A stretch of DNA of 22,485 bases, the filler included, from an uncultured virus (IMG/VR IMGVR_UViG_2897328257_000004) (Duplodnaviria; Heunggongvirae; Uroviricota; Caudoviricetes). It is 3 parts of one record of this genome, joined end to end, with 100 filler letters (N's around TTAATTAATTAA, not from the genome) between each part and the next. Parts side by side here need not be neighbours in the genome. Positions count along the whole stretch, not along the records: positions 1 to 4,115 come from IMGVR_UViG_2897328257_000004; positions 4,216 to 17,862 come from IMGVR_UViG_2897328257_000004; 1 more part is not named here. The stretch is one strand, 5' to 3'. Both the position numbers and the translations under genes were made by a program. Below are positions 1-7,544 of this stretch, one piece after another (position 1 is the stretch's first letter; each line of letters starts with the position of its first letter). The notes beneath the pieces were generated by a model. The model worked only from the letters and a program-made list of their open reading frames with translations, had not been told where the DNA came from and ran no database searches.

Positions 1-1131
1 TCAAATGACCAGTTTTTTCCATTCCTTACCGCGTGCGTCGTTGTAAATATCGGTCATTTTTTGATTCGAATGGCCCAGCAAAATTTTGGTATCAATTCCC
101 TGTTCTCTGAACAATCGTTCTGATAAAGATCTCTGCTCATGGAAAGAGGGTGGGGTGCCATTAGCACGCCAGTTGTAATCCACTGAATCCCGGGCTTTTT
201 TAAATGCAACGGTTAACGTTGCTGGCTTAACCATCCCGCCGCGCTTAGCTGTCCCTTTAGCATGATGGTGGTGCAATAGCCACGGACTAAGAACGCAATC
301 GCGACAGGATGACACCACATCATCCAGGGTGAGATTTAATTTATCGCAACGCAGAGCCAGAGGGATGGCAATCCGGGTTCCTGTTTTTTGCTGTTCGACA
401 TGAAGATAACCATCCCTGATATCCGAAAATTTCATTTTGCAAATATCTGAAAGGCGCTGGCCTGTCATCAGTGCCAGCAGCATACCACGCTGTAAAAAGT
501 AACCATCCTTTTCCGCTGCATTATAAATCATCATCCACTCATCAAAGGTCAGTCGTTGCCGTGATATCCGTACCTGTGGTTTTTTTGCCGATTCTGCAGG
601 GTTAAAGCCTGGCGGGACATCGCCCGTTTGCTGGGCCTCCCGGAAAACATCAATCAGTACTTTCCTGAAAATTTGTCCCATTCTGTTATGTCCTTTTGCC
701 TTGTAATCTTCCAGCACCGATACCACATCTTTTACGGTTATGGCATCTAAAGGTCTGGTACCAAAACGTTCATCAAATACCCTGAGAGGGGATGCTTTCT
801 GTTTCAGTGTGTTGAGTTTGATCTCTCCGTTTTCATATCTTTCCTGTTGAATTTTTCGGTAACTATTCAGAAAAACAGAAACGGTTGATGAACCACCGGT
901 ATCACGAATAATTTTCTCCTGCAGAGTGAGCATTTGTTCCATTTGTTGCCTGGCAAGACGGCTGTTCGCTTCTGCTGCAATAGCTTCTGCCTGTTTCTGG
1001 TCAATACTGCCGAGCCCGTGATTTTTTCCTGTTATGGGATGCCTGTAACGCCAGTAAACTTTGTTATTTCTTTTGTCAAAATACGGAGATAATCCCGGAA
1101 CTTCAGTTTTATATTTTCGTGGGCGCGCCAT
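1..1131 (-). CDS. int: Lambda-family tyrosine integrase
   Basis: 376 aa. N-terminal arm-binding region (VYWRYRHPITGK). Catalytic motifs GQRLSD (R), QQKTG (K), FHEQR (HxxR), LLGH (H) and DIYND (Y). Overlaps the 3' end of xis. Confidence 0.97.
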   Translation of the reverse strand: MARPRKYKTEVPGLSPYFDKRNNKVYWRYRHPITGKNHGLGSIDQKQAEAIAAEANSRLARQQMEQMLTLQEKIIRDTGGSSTVSVFLNSYRKIQQERYENGEIKLNTLKQKASPLRVFDERFGTRPLDAITVKDVVSVLEDYKAKGHNRMGQIFRKVLIDVFREAQQTGDVPPGFNPAESAKKPQVRISRQRLTFDEWMMIYNAAEKDGYFLQRGMLLALMTGQRLSDICKMKFSDIRDGYLHVEQQKTGTRIAIPLALRCDKLNLTLDDVVSSCRDCVLSPWLLHHHHAKGTAKRGGMVKPATLTVAFKKARDSVDYNWRANGTPPSFHEQRSLSERLFREQGIDTKILLGHSNQKMTDIYNDARGKEWKKLVI

Positions 1132-1357
1132 CTTCCAGTATCCTCTTCAAAGCAGGGTGATCTGTGGCGATCACTTCCGGCTTGTTTACCATTCCGACAA
1201 AGCGAGCTCGAGGATCCACTCGCCAGTGTCTTCCAACTTTTTTGGGGAGAGGAAATATCATTCCGGCTTTAGCGTATTTACTTAACGTGCCCGGAGTAGG
1301 GACCGGTTCACTGAATTCCTCTTTTGCCCACTCAGTGAGCAGAATAAGTCTTGCCAT
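1109..1357 (-). CDS. xis: Excisionase
   Basis: 82-aa basic protein immediately upstream of and overlapping int. Xis-type pattern LTEWA...TLSKYAKAGMIFPLPKKVGRHWRV. Confidence 0.9.
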   Translation of the reverse strand: MARLILLTEWAKEEFSEPVPTPGTLSKYAKAGMIFPLPKKVGRHWRVDPRARFVGMVNKPEVIATDHPALKRILEDGAPTKI

Positions 1358-1421
1358 GAGCGTTGTTCGCTAATCATGGCCGCCGCCACTATAGCTTGCG
1401 GACGACGACCGGGGTTGAACA

Positions 1422-3893
1422 TTAAAAATCAGCCTGACTCGGGATCAGTTTTTGCCAGATTGCTGAAACTTGTTTTGCCTGGTGACGGGCATCGTCCAGC
1501 GCATTGTGGGGTACGCCTTCGAATGGAATAGCCATTCTGACATCAAAGCCAATGGCATTACCCAGTTCAACGATTGTGCGTACATCGCGATCGTTGTAGT
1601 AAAGCCACGGGCAGGGGATCCCCTGCCGTTCATATGAACGGCGTAAAATTACGTTGTCGAAGTTGGCTCCATTTCCCCATACCTGGACAAAACGCCCGCC
1701 GGAGTTTTTTTCGATAAATTCTATGAATAGCCGGAGAGCAACATCTAACGAGATTTCATCGGTAAAAATAGCGGATTGTGCTTCGCGTGATCGTTTCGCC
1801 CACCACTTTATTGTTTTACGGTCGATGATTCCGCCGGAGGTTTCCAGATCGATAGCTTTACTGAATTCAGGCCCCATCTCTCCGGTTGCCGGATCAAAAA
1901 ATTTACCGCCAATAGAGTTGATTGGCGCATCAGGATTTGTTCCCATCGTTTCAAGGTCGACCGACAGGTGAATCCACACTCTGCTGGTGGATGTGATAAT
2001 GTGATGACCATTCACCGCAATCAAGGGCTCTGCTGCCTCGCCAGTTTCACTATCGCTGGTGTGATGCTGATCGTTACCAGCATTCTCATTGTTCGGATGT
2101 TCAGCGCCTTCCATTTCCTCCGAATCATCTTCCTGAACTTCAGCCTGATTTTTTTCATCGAATGTTTCCTGGTATGTTGCGTCGCCCATTACCGCGCCAC
2201 AGTCAGGACAGTTGCCGTCGCCGGTCTGACCGCAAGCGGTGCAGACTTTTTCCGGTTCTTGTTGCACTTCTGGTTCAGGCAGTTTCGTTTCTGGCTCGTT
2301 TTGTAACGCATTTGGACTGTTTTGTTCCGCTTTCTGGTCGTTTTGTTCCGATTCGGGCTGGTTCTGGTTCACAGAATCGCGGGTTTCAATCCCCTTAACC
2401 CATTTCGGATCATTCGGGTCGCTAATCCCTTCAACAAATTCACCACGTGATGCAGCAAGCAATTTATCGGTGTCAGGCTGGCTGATATTGGCTGCCTGCA
2501 TAATTTTGTTTACTTCGTCAGCGGTAACTTTTACCGGCTCTGGTTGTTCTGAATCTTCTGCGGTATCTGTATTTTGCTGTAAGCCCGTATATGTGCCATT
2601 TTTTCGGGCAAAATATTCTTCTTTTGAGATTTCGGTACCACCGGCAGCCAGCGCCTTGTCCAGGCCAGAAAGTTTGTTTGCCCTGCCGTATTTTTCCCCG
2701 TCCTTATCGGTAAAGACGAAATAAAACGGTCCTTCACGCTCTACAGATGGTTCAGCTTCCACCAGGATTTCATTTTTTTGAGAATTGGATTCCGCCGTCT
2801 CCACTGGATCAGTTTGTGCTGCTGACGACAGGATAGCATCAGCAGAGCTCTGGTCTGTTTCTTCATGTTCAAACACGCCCTTTGTCGTCAGGTATTCGCT
2901 GATGTATTTGTTCAGTGCAACGGGATCTTTGTGAATGTCGATCGGGCGCTCACGAACAAGGCCGAAAATAGTCTGACGGTCATAGCGAAGCGCATCAGGC
3001 TGTTTGCGCATTGATGCTGAGATACGCTTCCAGTCTTCGCGATCCTTGTCGATAACCTCATTTTTAGCCCAGCGATGGATGGTACCGTCAATGTTTCCTG
3101 TATCCACATCCCCGGGCCAGAGGGCGCAGGCCAGTTCTTTATCCAGTGTTTTCCATGTCTGCCTGTATTCGCGACGAATGGCTGTAGTGACAGGGTTGAT
3201 TTTTGCTGCTGAGTTTTCGGTGAGGTGCTGGTTAACTCTGGTGCGTGCGAGATCAACAACAGACGTATATTTTCCGGTTTTCTTGCGTTCACCTTCGCGA
3301 CGTTTTTTCCAGATGCGCATCTCTGCCTGAATTTCTGGCCATTTGGCACCAGGCTTACATTTATGCTTAACCCACCCGATGGCATGCAGTTTAATCTCCG
3401 GATACATGGCGTTAACTTCTGGCATTTTCATCAACGCTTCAACGATATGTCCGTCGAAGGTTGCCATGTCTTCCTGCAACAATTCCTGTGCGCTAATCAC
3501 CATATCAACGGTGATGTTTTCACATGTGTCGAACTTAACCATGACAGCGTTCTGTACTTCAGGGGACAGCTTGTCAAAAGTGACGTTCATCGGATCTGAT
3601 TCAGTCTCAACCGGGACAAAGGAAGCAGACGCCTCATCCCAGCGGTTTTCCAGCATATATTCAGCATCCCAGGAGTCGAGGGCTGGGCGGGGTGTACCGG
3701 GTTTATCCTCACAGACAAGAAATTTATAAGCGCAGTCCTGAGCAGCCGGATAATGTTCAAGGAATTGCCAGTGAAATTTTGCGCGGGCGCGACGTTCATC
3801 ACCGGCTTCAATGGCTGTGGCCACAGCAACAGCGCCCTCGTTTTTTATTGCCTGTTCGTCAGGAATGGCGGCGCAAATAAATATTTTACTCAT
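1422..3893 (-). CDS. Prophage exonuclease: RecE(ExoVIII)-like N-terminal region fused to a C-terminal DEDDh 3'-5' exonuclease domain
   Basis: 823 aa. C-terminal motifs DLETMG, WGNGANFD and HNALDDA (DEDDh). CTAC-x7-CPDC motif and acidic linker. The N-terminal two thirds resemble the Rac RecE-type non-catalytic region (from recall). Confidence 0.85.
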   Translation of the reverse strand: MSKIFICAAIPDEQAIKNEGAVAVATAIEAGDERRARAKFHWQFLEHYPAAQDCAYKFLVCEDKPGTPRPALDSWDAEYMLENRWDEASASFVPVETESDPMNVTFDKLSPEVQNAVMVKFDTCENITVDMVISAQELLQEDMATFDGHIVEALMKMPEVNAMYPEIKLHAIGWVKHKCKPGAKWPEIQAEMRIWKKRREGERKKTGKYTSVVDLARTRVNQHLTENSAAKINPVTTAIRREYRQTWKTLDKELACALWPGDVDTGNIDGTIHRWAKNEVIDKDREDWKRISASMRKQPDALRYDRQTIFGLVRERPIDIHKDPVALNKYISEYLTTKGVFEHEETDQSSADAILSSAAQTDPVETAESNSQKNEILVEAEPSVEREGPFYFVFTDKDGEKYGRANKLSGLDKALAAGGTEISKEEYFARKNGTYTGLQQNTDTAEDSEQPEPVKVTADEVNKIMQAANISQPDTDKLLAASRGEFVEGISDPNDPKWVKGIETRDSVNQNQPESEQNDQKAEQNSPNALQNEPETKLPEPEVQQEPEKVCTACGQTGDGNCPDCGAVMGDATYQETFDEKNQAEVQEDDSEEMEGAEHPNNENAGNDQHHTSDSETGEAAEPLIAVNGHHIITSTSRVWIHLSVDLETMGTNPDAPINSIGGKFFDPATGEMGPEFSKAIDLETSGGIIDRKTIKWWAKRSREAQSAIFTDEISLDVALRLFIEFIEKNSGGRFVQVWGNGANFDNVILRRSYERQGIPCPWLYYNDRDVRTIVELGNAIGFDVRMAIPFEGVPHNALDDARHQAKQVSAIWQKLIPSQADF

Positions 3894-3988
3894 TGTGTTT
3901 AAACCTCATTACAGATTTCAGGGTGAACGAATCCCTGCCATTGCTGGCATTTTTAATCCGTTGGTATGGCGTTAATATGGCTGGCGGG

Positions 3989-4114
3989 TTATCCAGCCGG
4001 TATTTCGTTATTCAGGTACAGCGATACTTTGTTTAACGGGAGACATTCACCGGAAATTTTTTGCTCGTCTCTTGCCTGATGGCAGGATTCTTTACTGGCA
4101 TAAATTCCGGTAAT
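3989..4114 (-). CDS. YdfD/DUF1482-family small protein, 5' end lost in the gap
   Basis: Hand translation ITGIYASKESCHQARDEQKISGECLPLNKVSLYLNNEIPAG* matches the C..A..EQKI.G.C.P..KV....N.EIPAG pattern of YdfD-like proteins. Expected position upstream of the exonuclease. Not in the ORF track. Confidence 0.8.
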   Translation of the reverse strand: MTGIYASKESCHQARDEQKISGECLPLNKVSLYLNNEIPAG

Positions 4115-4115
4115 C

Positions 4116-4215
4116 NNNNNNNNNNNNNNNNNNNNNNNNNNNNNNNNNNNNNNNNNNNNTTAATTAATTAANNNNNNNNNNNNNNNNNNNNNNNNNNNNN
4201 NNNNNNNNNNNNNNN
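4116..4215. other. Artificial contig linker (44 N + TTAATTAATTAA + 44 N)
   Basis: Stops-in-all-frames 12-mer at 4160-4171 flanked by N runs. Identical design to the second gap. Confidence 0.99.
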
Positions 4216-4275
4216 CTGACGAACCTGTATTTCAAGATTAAAGAAGACCGTCGTAAGGCGGCACGGGGAGAGTAG
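4216..4275 (+). CDS. S: Class II holin (phage 21 S-like pinholin), C-terminal fragment
   Basis: Hand translation LTNLYFKIKEDRRKAARGE* is the characteristic C-terminus of S21-family holins. Lies upstream of a SAR endolysin. Confidence 0.92.
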   Translation: MTNLYFKIKEDRRKAARGE

Positions 4276-4947
4276 GTGATGAACCATGAAGAAATGAATC
4301 AGCGCTTCAGTCGTCTGGAAAATGAAATTGCTGAACTGAATAAAAAACTGTCGGCGCTGATGCCTTCTGAAGATGCAAACAAACGCCGCGATGAGCAGTT
4401 TGCGGCGTTTTACGATGATTGCATCAAAATTGCTCGCAGGATCTTTGCGAATATTTTGCAGGAAAAGTTTTTACCGACCGCATTGTCAGAAAAGTACTCC
4501 ATTACGGTTAAAAGTGCCGGAGAGGAAGGCAATAAACGTTATTTTATTGCGTCTGCACCGGATAAAGACCAGGAATGGGGGGGTAATCGGCCATCTTTTA
4601 TTGTGACAAGCGATGACTGGAATATCACGATCAGTGAAGATGGAAAAGTAACACCAGCATCGCACCAGCACAGTGAGGCGCTCATTGAATTTGCCATTGA
4701 TTACATGAAGAACAATAAAAAGCAGGGGCTGATGCAGCGCATTGGTCGCTGCATGGGATATCTGCAGCTGGCGGCAGAGATTGAAGCACTTGCCTGTGGT
4801 GCTGACAAGGATGTAGTTGTGCGGGAGGCTCTTCTTCGTGAGTTTGACAACCCGCCCTTTAAAAAAGTGCCGGCTTACTGGTTTCATCCCGGACTGACTT
4901 ATCTGAAAGGGCGGTTTGGGGAGAGGTTATCTGAACTTAAGCGATAG
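4276..4947 (+). CDS. Hypothetical protein between holin and endolysin, with N-terminal coiled coil
   Basis: 223-aa ORF starting immediately after the holin stop (GTG 4276 or ATG 4279, GGAG upstream). Heptad-like FSRLENEIAELNKKLSAL. No recognisable catalytic motif. Confidence 0.75.
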   Translation: MMNHEEMNQRFSRLENEIAELNKKLSALMPSEDANKRRDEQFAAFYDDCIKIARRIFANILQEKFLPTALSEKYSITVKSAGEEGNKRYFIASAPDKDQEWGGNRPSFIVTSDDWNITISEDGKVTPASHQHSEALIEFAIDYMKNNKKQGLMQRIGRCMGYLQLAAEIEALACGADKDVVVREALLREFDNPPFKKVPAYWFHPGLTYLKGRFGERLSELKR

Positions 4948-5247
4948 TTTATTGAAGAGCCGTTTTTTTTGCAGACAGGCAAAGTTTTTATCCCATGAAC
5001 AACCCGGGTGACTGAGTTCGTCATTAAACCATTTGTTAATGTTGTGCTTCAGATGCTGAAGCATCAATGGTGTTAATGTGGTGATAATGATATCCAGAGT
5101 TTCTGTTGAAAGCATGCCGTAAGGCTCTGAGAGAATGGCCTGAGTGGCCTCGCTGTTATCCGGGATAAGCGCTTTTAATTCTGATTTAACATTTTCGTTC
5201 ATTATCTGCAAAAACTCTTTGCGTAAATTGTTGTCATTATTATTCAT
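4927..5247 (-). CDS. Hypothetical protein, AT-rich, antisense to the late operon (moron-like)
   Basis: 106-aa ORF with an ATG start. Two perfect minus-strand TATAAT hexamers upstream (5295-5300, 5318-5323). 21-nt convergent overlap with 4276..4947. Confidence 0.65.
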   Translation of the reverse strand: MNNNDNNLRKEFLQIMNENVKSELKALIPDNSEATQAILSEPYGMLSTETLDIIITTLTPLMLQHLKHNINKWFNDELSHPGCSWDKNFACLQKKRLFNKLSLKFR

Positions 5248-5372
5248 TTATAAAATCTCATTTGTTGTTACCGGGTGTGTCCTGGTGCCTGTTGATTATA
5301 TTCATCGTGAGTACCGGATTATATATCTGACATATCCAGGAATAAGAGAGCTATAAATCCTGATAAATATCC

Positions 5373-5906
5373 ATGAACGCAAAAATCAAATACGGCCTGT
5401 CAGCTGCCGTTCTGGCGCTGATTGCCGCAGGGGCTTCTGCGCCTGAAATCCTCGACCAGTTTCTGGATGAAAAGGAAGGCAACCACACCACGGCATACCG
5501 TGATGGTGCGGGTATCTGGACCATCTGCCGAGGTGCCATCATGGTGGATGGTAAGCCTGTGATTCCTGGCATGAAGCTGTCGAAGGAAAAATGCGACCGG
5601 GTTAACGCCATTGAGCGTGATAAGGCGCTGGCATGGGTGGAGAAAAACATCAAAGTGCCACTGACTGAACCCCAGAAAGCGGGGATCGCGTCATTCTGCC
5701 CGTATAACATTGGCCCCGGTAAGTGTTTCCCGTCGACGTTTTATAAACGAATTAATGCAGGCGATCGCCGGGGTGCATGCGAGGCGATTCGCTGGTGGAT
5801 TAAAGACGGTGGCAGAGACTGCCGTATCCGCTCAAATAACTGTTATGGTCAGGTATCCCGTCGTGACCAGGAGAGCGCGCTGGCGTGCTGGGGTATCGAC
5901 AGATAA
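5373..5906 (+). CDS. R: SAR endolysin (GH24 lysozyme, R21-like)
   Basis: Gly/Ala-rich N-terminal SAR segment GLSAAVLALIAAGASA. Catalytic triad E35-D44-T50 with T4-lysozyme spacing. Confidence 0.96.
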   Translation: MNAKIKYGLSAAVLALIAAGASAPEILDQFLDEKEGNHTTAYRDGAGIWTICRGAIMVDGKPVIPGMKLSKEKCDRVNAIERDKALAWVEKNIKVPLTEPQKAGIASFCPYNIGPGKCFPSTFYKRINAGDRRGACEAIRWWIKDGGRDCRIRSNNCYGQVSRRDQESALACWGIDR

Positions 5907-6014
5907 GCCGAATATTTTGCTGAAAAATGACGTTGGCCAACGCGGACGGATAACACGAAATCCTGCGAACTGGCAAAATGTAAGTGAATAACGTCAGGAA
6001 CATTATTTCACGCA

Positions 6015-6040
6015 GAGGCACCGTAATGGTGCCTTTGTCA
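6015..6040 (+). terminator. Terminator-like hairpin after the endolysin gene
   Basis: GAGGCACC-GTAAT-GGTGCCTT stem-loop followed by an imperfect T tract (TGTCATTTC). Confidence 0.5.
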
Positions 6041-6045
6041 TTTCT

Positions 6046-6171
6046 GCGCTTCGCACAAGCGTAAATAAACCAAAGAACCTTTCAGGATGAGCCCTGGTGG
6101 ATAACCGGCAGTGGTCTGGTTAACCCTCTTTGGGCTGGTTATTCCTGTGCGCAGGGTTCATCACTAAAAGG
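6046..6171 (+). promoter_or_regulatory. Structured 5' leader, copy 1 (upstream of the antirepressor-N gene)
   Basis: Shares AGAACCTTTCAGGATGA (6074-6090) and GGTTCATCACTAAAAGG (6155-6171) exactly with 7441-7457 and 7519-7535. The two blocks are mutually complementary and include the SD. Confidence 0.75.
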
Positions 6172-6180
6172 AAATAACCG

Positions 6181-6753
6181 ATGAATATGATGACCGTGCC
6201 GTTTCACGGCGATTCTCTTTATGTGGTTAACCATAACGGCGAACCATACGTTCCCATGAAACCTGTCGTTGAGGGAATGGGTATGACCTGGCAGTCTCAA
6301 CACCGCAAATTGATGGAGAGATTTAAGACCTGCATCATCGAAATGATGATTCAGCTCCCCGGTGATACTCAGCGTCGTCTGGTTATCTGTCTTGCTTTAC
6401 GTAAACTTGCAGGTTGGCTGCAAACCATCAACCCAAATAAAGTTAAACCTGAAATCCGCGACAGAGTCATTCAGTATCAGGAAGAGTGCGACGATGTTCT
6501 CTATGAATACTGGACGAAGGGTTTTGTCGTTAATCCTCGTCAAATGAGCGTGATGGAAGAACTCAATCAGGCTTGCGCTGACATGCAACGGGATAAAAAC
6601 ATTGTCAGTGTGTTTGCTACCGGGCTGAATGAGTGGAAACAGGTTAAAGCTGCGCATGTATCAAAAATCCGCACATTGATAAACGAAGCGAATCTGCTGA
6701 TTGATTTTGTCCTGGCTGATACAGGCAAAGGGAAAATAACAAAGGCGGATTGA
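6181..6753 (+). CDS. Phage antirepressor protein (P22 Ant N-terminal domain)
   Basis: 190 aa. VPFHGDSLYVV..NGEPYVPMKPVVEGMG..W.SQ..KL, CLALRKLAGWLQTINPNKVKPEIR and YQEECDDVLYEYWTKG are P22_AR_N hallmarks. SD AAGGA. Confidence 0.92.
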   Translation: MNMMTVPFHGDSLYVVNHNGEPYVPMKPVVEGMGMTWQSQHRKLMERFKTCIIEMMIQLPGDTQRRLVICLALRKLAGWLQTINPNKVKPEIRDRVIQYQEECDDVLYEYWTKGFVVNPRQMSVMEELNQACADMQRDKNIVSVFATGLNEWKQVKAAHVSKIRTLINEANLLIDFVLADTGKGKITKAD

Positions 6754-6767
6754 TGGAGAGGTGGCTA

Positions 6768-6902
6768 ATGATATCGGATAAAATCATAACGCTGACAAAG
6801 ACCATTTGTGTGATTGTCGGCGTTTCATTTTCGCTAATGATGGTTGCTCTTTTTCTTTCCATAGCCTGGATGGCGTTGAGTTCGGCAGGGCTGGTGGGGT
6901 GA
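6768..6902 (+). CDS. Small putative membrane protein (44 aa)
   Basis: [51 protein letters not shown]. An in-frame ATG at 6753 overlaps the upstream stop, and its TGA overlaps the Rz GTG (GTGA). Not in the ORF track. Confidence 0.65.
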   Translation: MISDKIITLTKTICVIVGVSFSLMMVALFLSIAWMALSSAGLVG

Positions 6903-7342
6903 GCATAAACCGAATTATTTCCGCGTTTACCGTTATTCTGCTGGTGGTCTGTGGTGTGCTTAGTCTGGGGCTGAATCATTACCGTGATAACGCCATCGCC
7001 TACAAAGAGCAGCGCGATAAAGCCACATCCATCATCGATGATATGCAGAAGCGGCAACGTGATGTAGCAGAACTTGACGCCAGATACACAAAGGAGCTTG
7101 CTGATGCTAATGCGACTATCGAAAGTCTCCGTGCTGATGTTTCTGCTGGTCGTAAGCGCCTGCAAGTCGCCGCCACCTGTGCAAAGTCAACGACCGGAGC
7201 CAGCAGCATGGGCGATGGAGAAAGCCCAGGACTTACAGCAGATGCTGAACTCAATTATTACCGTCTCAGAAGTGGAATCGACAAGATAACCGCGCAGGTT
7301 AACTACCTGCAGGAATACATCAGGACGCAATGCCTGAAATAA
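6899..7342 (+). CDS. Rz: i-spanin Rz
   Basis: N-terminal TM segment followed by [25 protein letters not shown] and the [10 protein letters not shown] end. Start taken as GTG 6899 rather than 6806. Confidence 0.93.
   Translation: MSINRIISAFTVILLVVCGVLSLGLNHYRDNAIAYKEQRDKATSIIDDMQKRQRDVAELDARYTKELADANATIESLRADVSAGRKRLQVAATCAKSTTGASSMGDGESPGLTADAELNYYRLRSGIDKITAQVNYLQEYIRTQCLK
7104..7289 (+). CDS. Rz1: o-spanin lipoprotein Rz1, nested in Rz (+1 frame)
   Basis: AAGGAG SD at 7091-7096. Signal peptide with lipobox VSAC and Pro-rich mature part (SPPP...PEPAAWAM). Confidence 0.9.
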   Translation: MLMRLSKVSVLMFLLVVSACKSPPPVQSQRPEPAAWAMEKAQDLQQMLNSIITVSEVESTR

Positions 7343-7372
7343 TTTTTTTGCAAATCACAAAGTCCATTTAAT

Positions 7373-7398
7373 GAGCCCCGCGATGCGGGGCTTTTTTA
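7373..7398 (+). terminator. Rho-independent terminator after Rz
   Basis: AGCCCCGC-GAT-GCGGGGCT followed by TTTTT. Confidence 0.85.
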
Positions 7399-7412
7399 TG
7401 TACGCAGTAAAC

Positions 7413-7535
7413 GCGCTTCACACGCGCGACTTATGAACACAGAACCTTTCAGGATGACCCTTGAGGATGCCGGTTTGGTGATCGGTGCCTTTCTGTGGGC
7501 CGGAATCCTGTGTGACAAGGTTCATCACTAAAAGG
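7413..7535 (+). promoter_or_regulatory. Structured 5' leader, copy 2 (upstream of the Rha-family gene)
   Basis: Paralogue of 6046-6171 with two identical 17-mers, the same 28-nt offset to an upstream GCGCTTCRCAC box, and compensatory changes. Confidence 0.75.
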
Positions 7536-7544
7536 TGTGCACTG

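Noticed and set aside
1..60. att site or integration target
   Set aside because: The window begins at the int stop codon, so no flanking sequence is available.
4160..4171. TTAATTAATTAA palindrome, repeated at 17907-17918
   Set aside because: It is embedded in symmetric N runs and is an assembly linker, not biological sequence.
5920..5960. CTGA...TGA...CGAAA resembling a hammerhead ribozyme core
   Set aside because: The spacing does not fit CUGANGA and the required three stems could not be built.
7433..7531. Leader-encoded 32-aa hydrophobic peptide MNTEPFRMTLEDAGLVIGAFLWAGILCDKVHH (toxin or uORF idea)
   Set aside because: No SD, the equivalent frame in copy 1 is broken by TAA at 6102-6104, and the residues are not conserved. 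RNA structure explains the conservation better, though a uORF role is not fully excluded.
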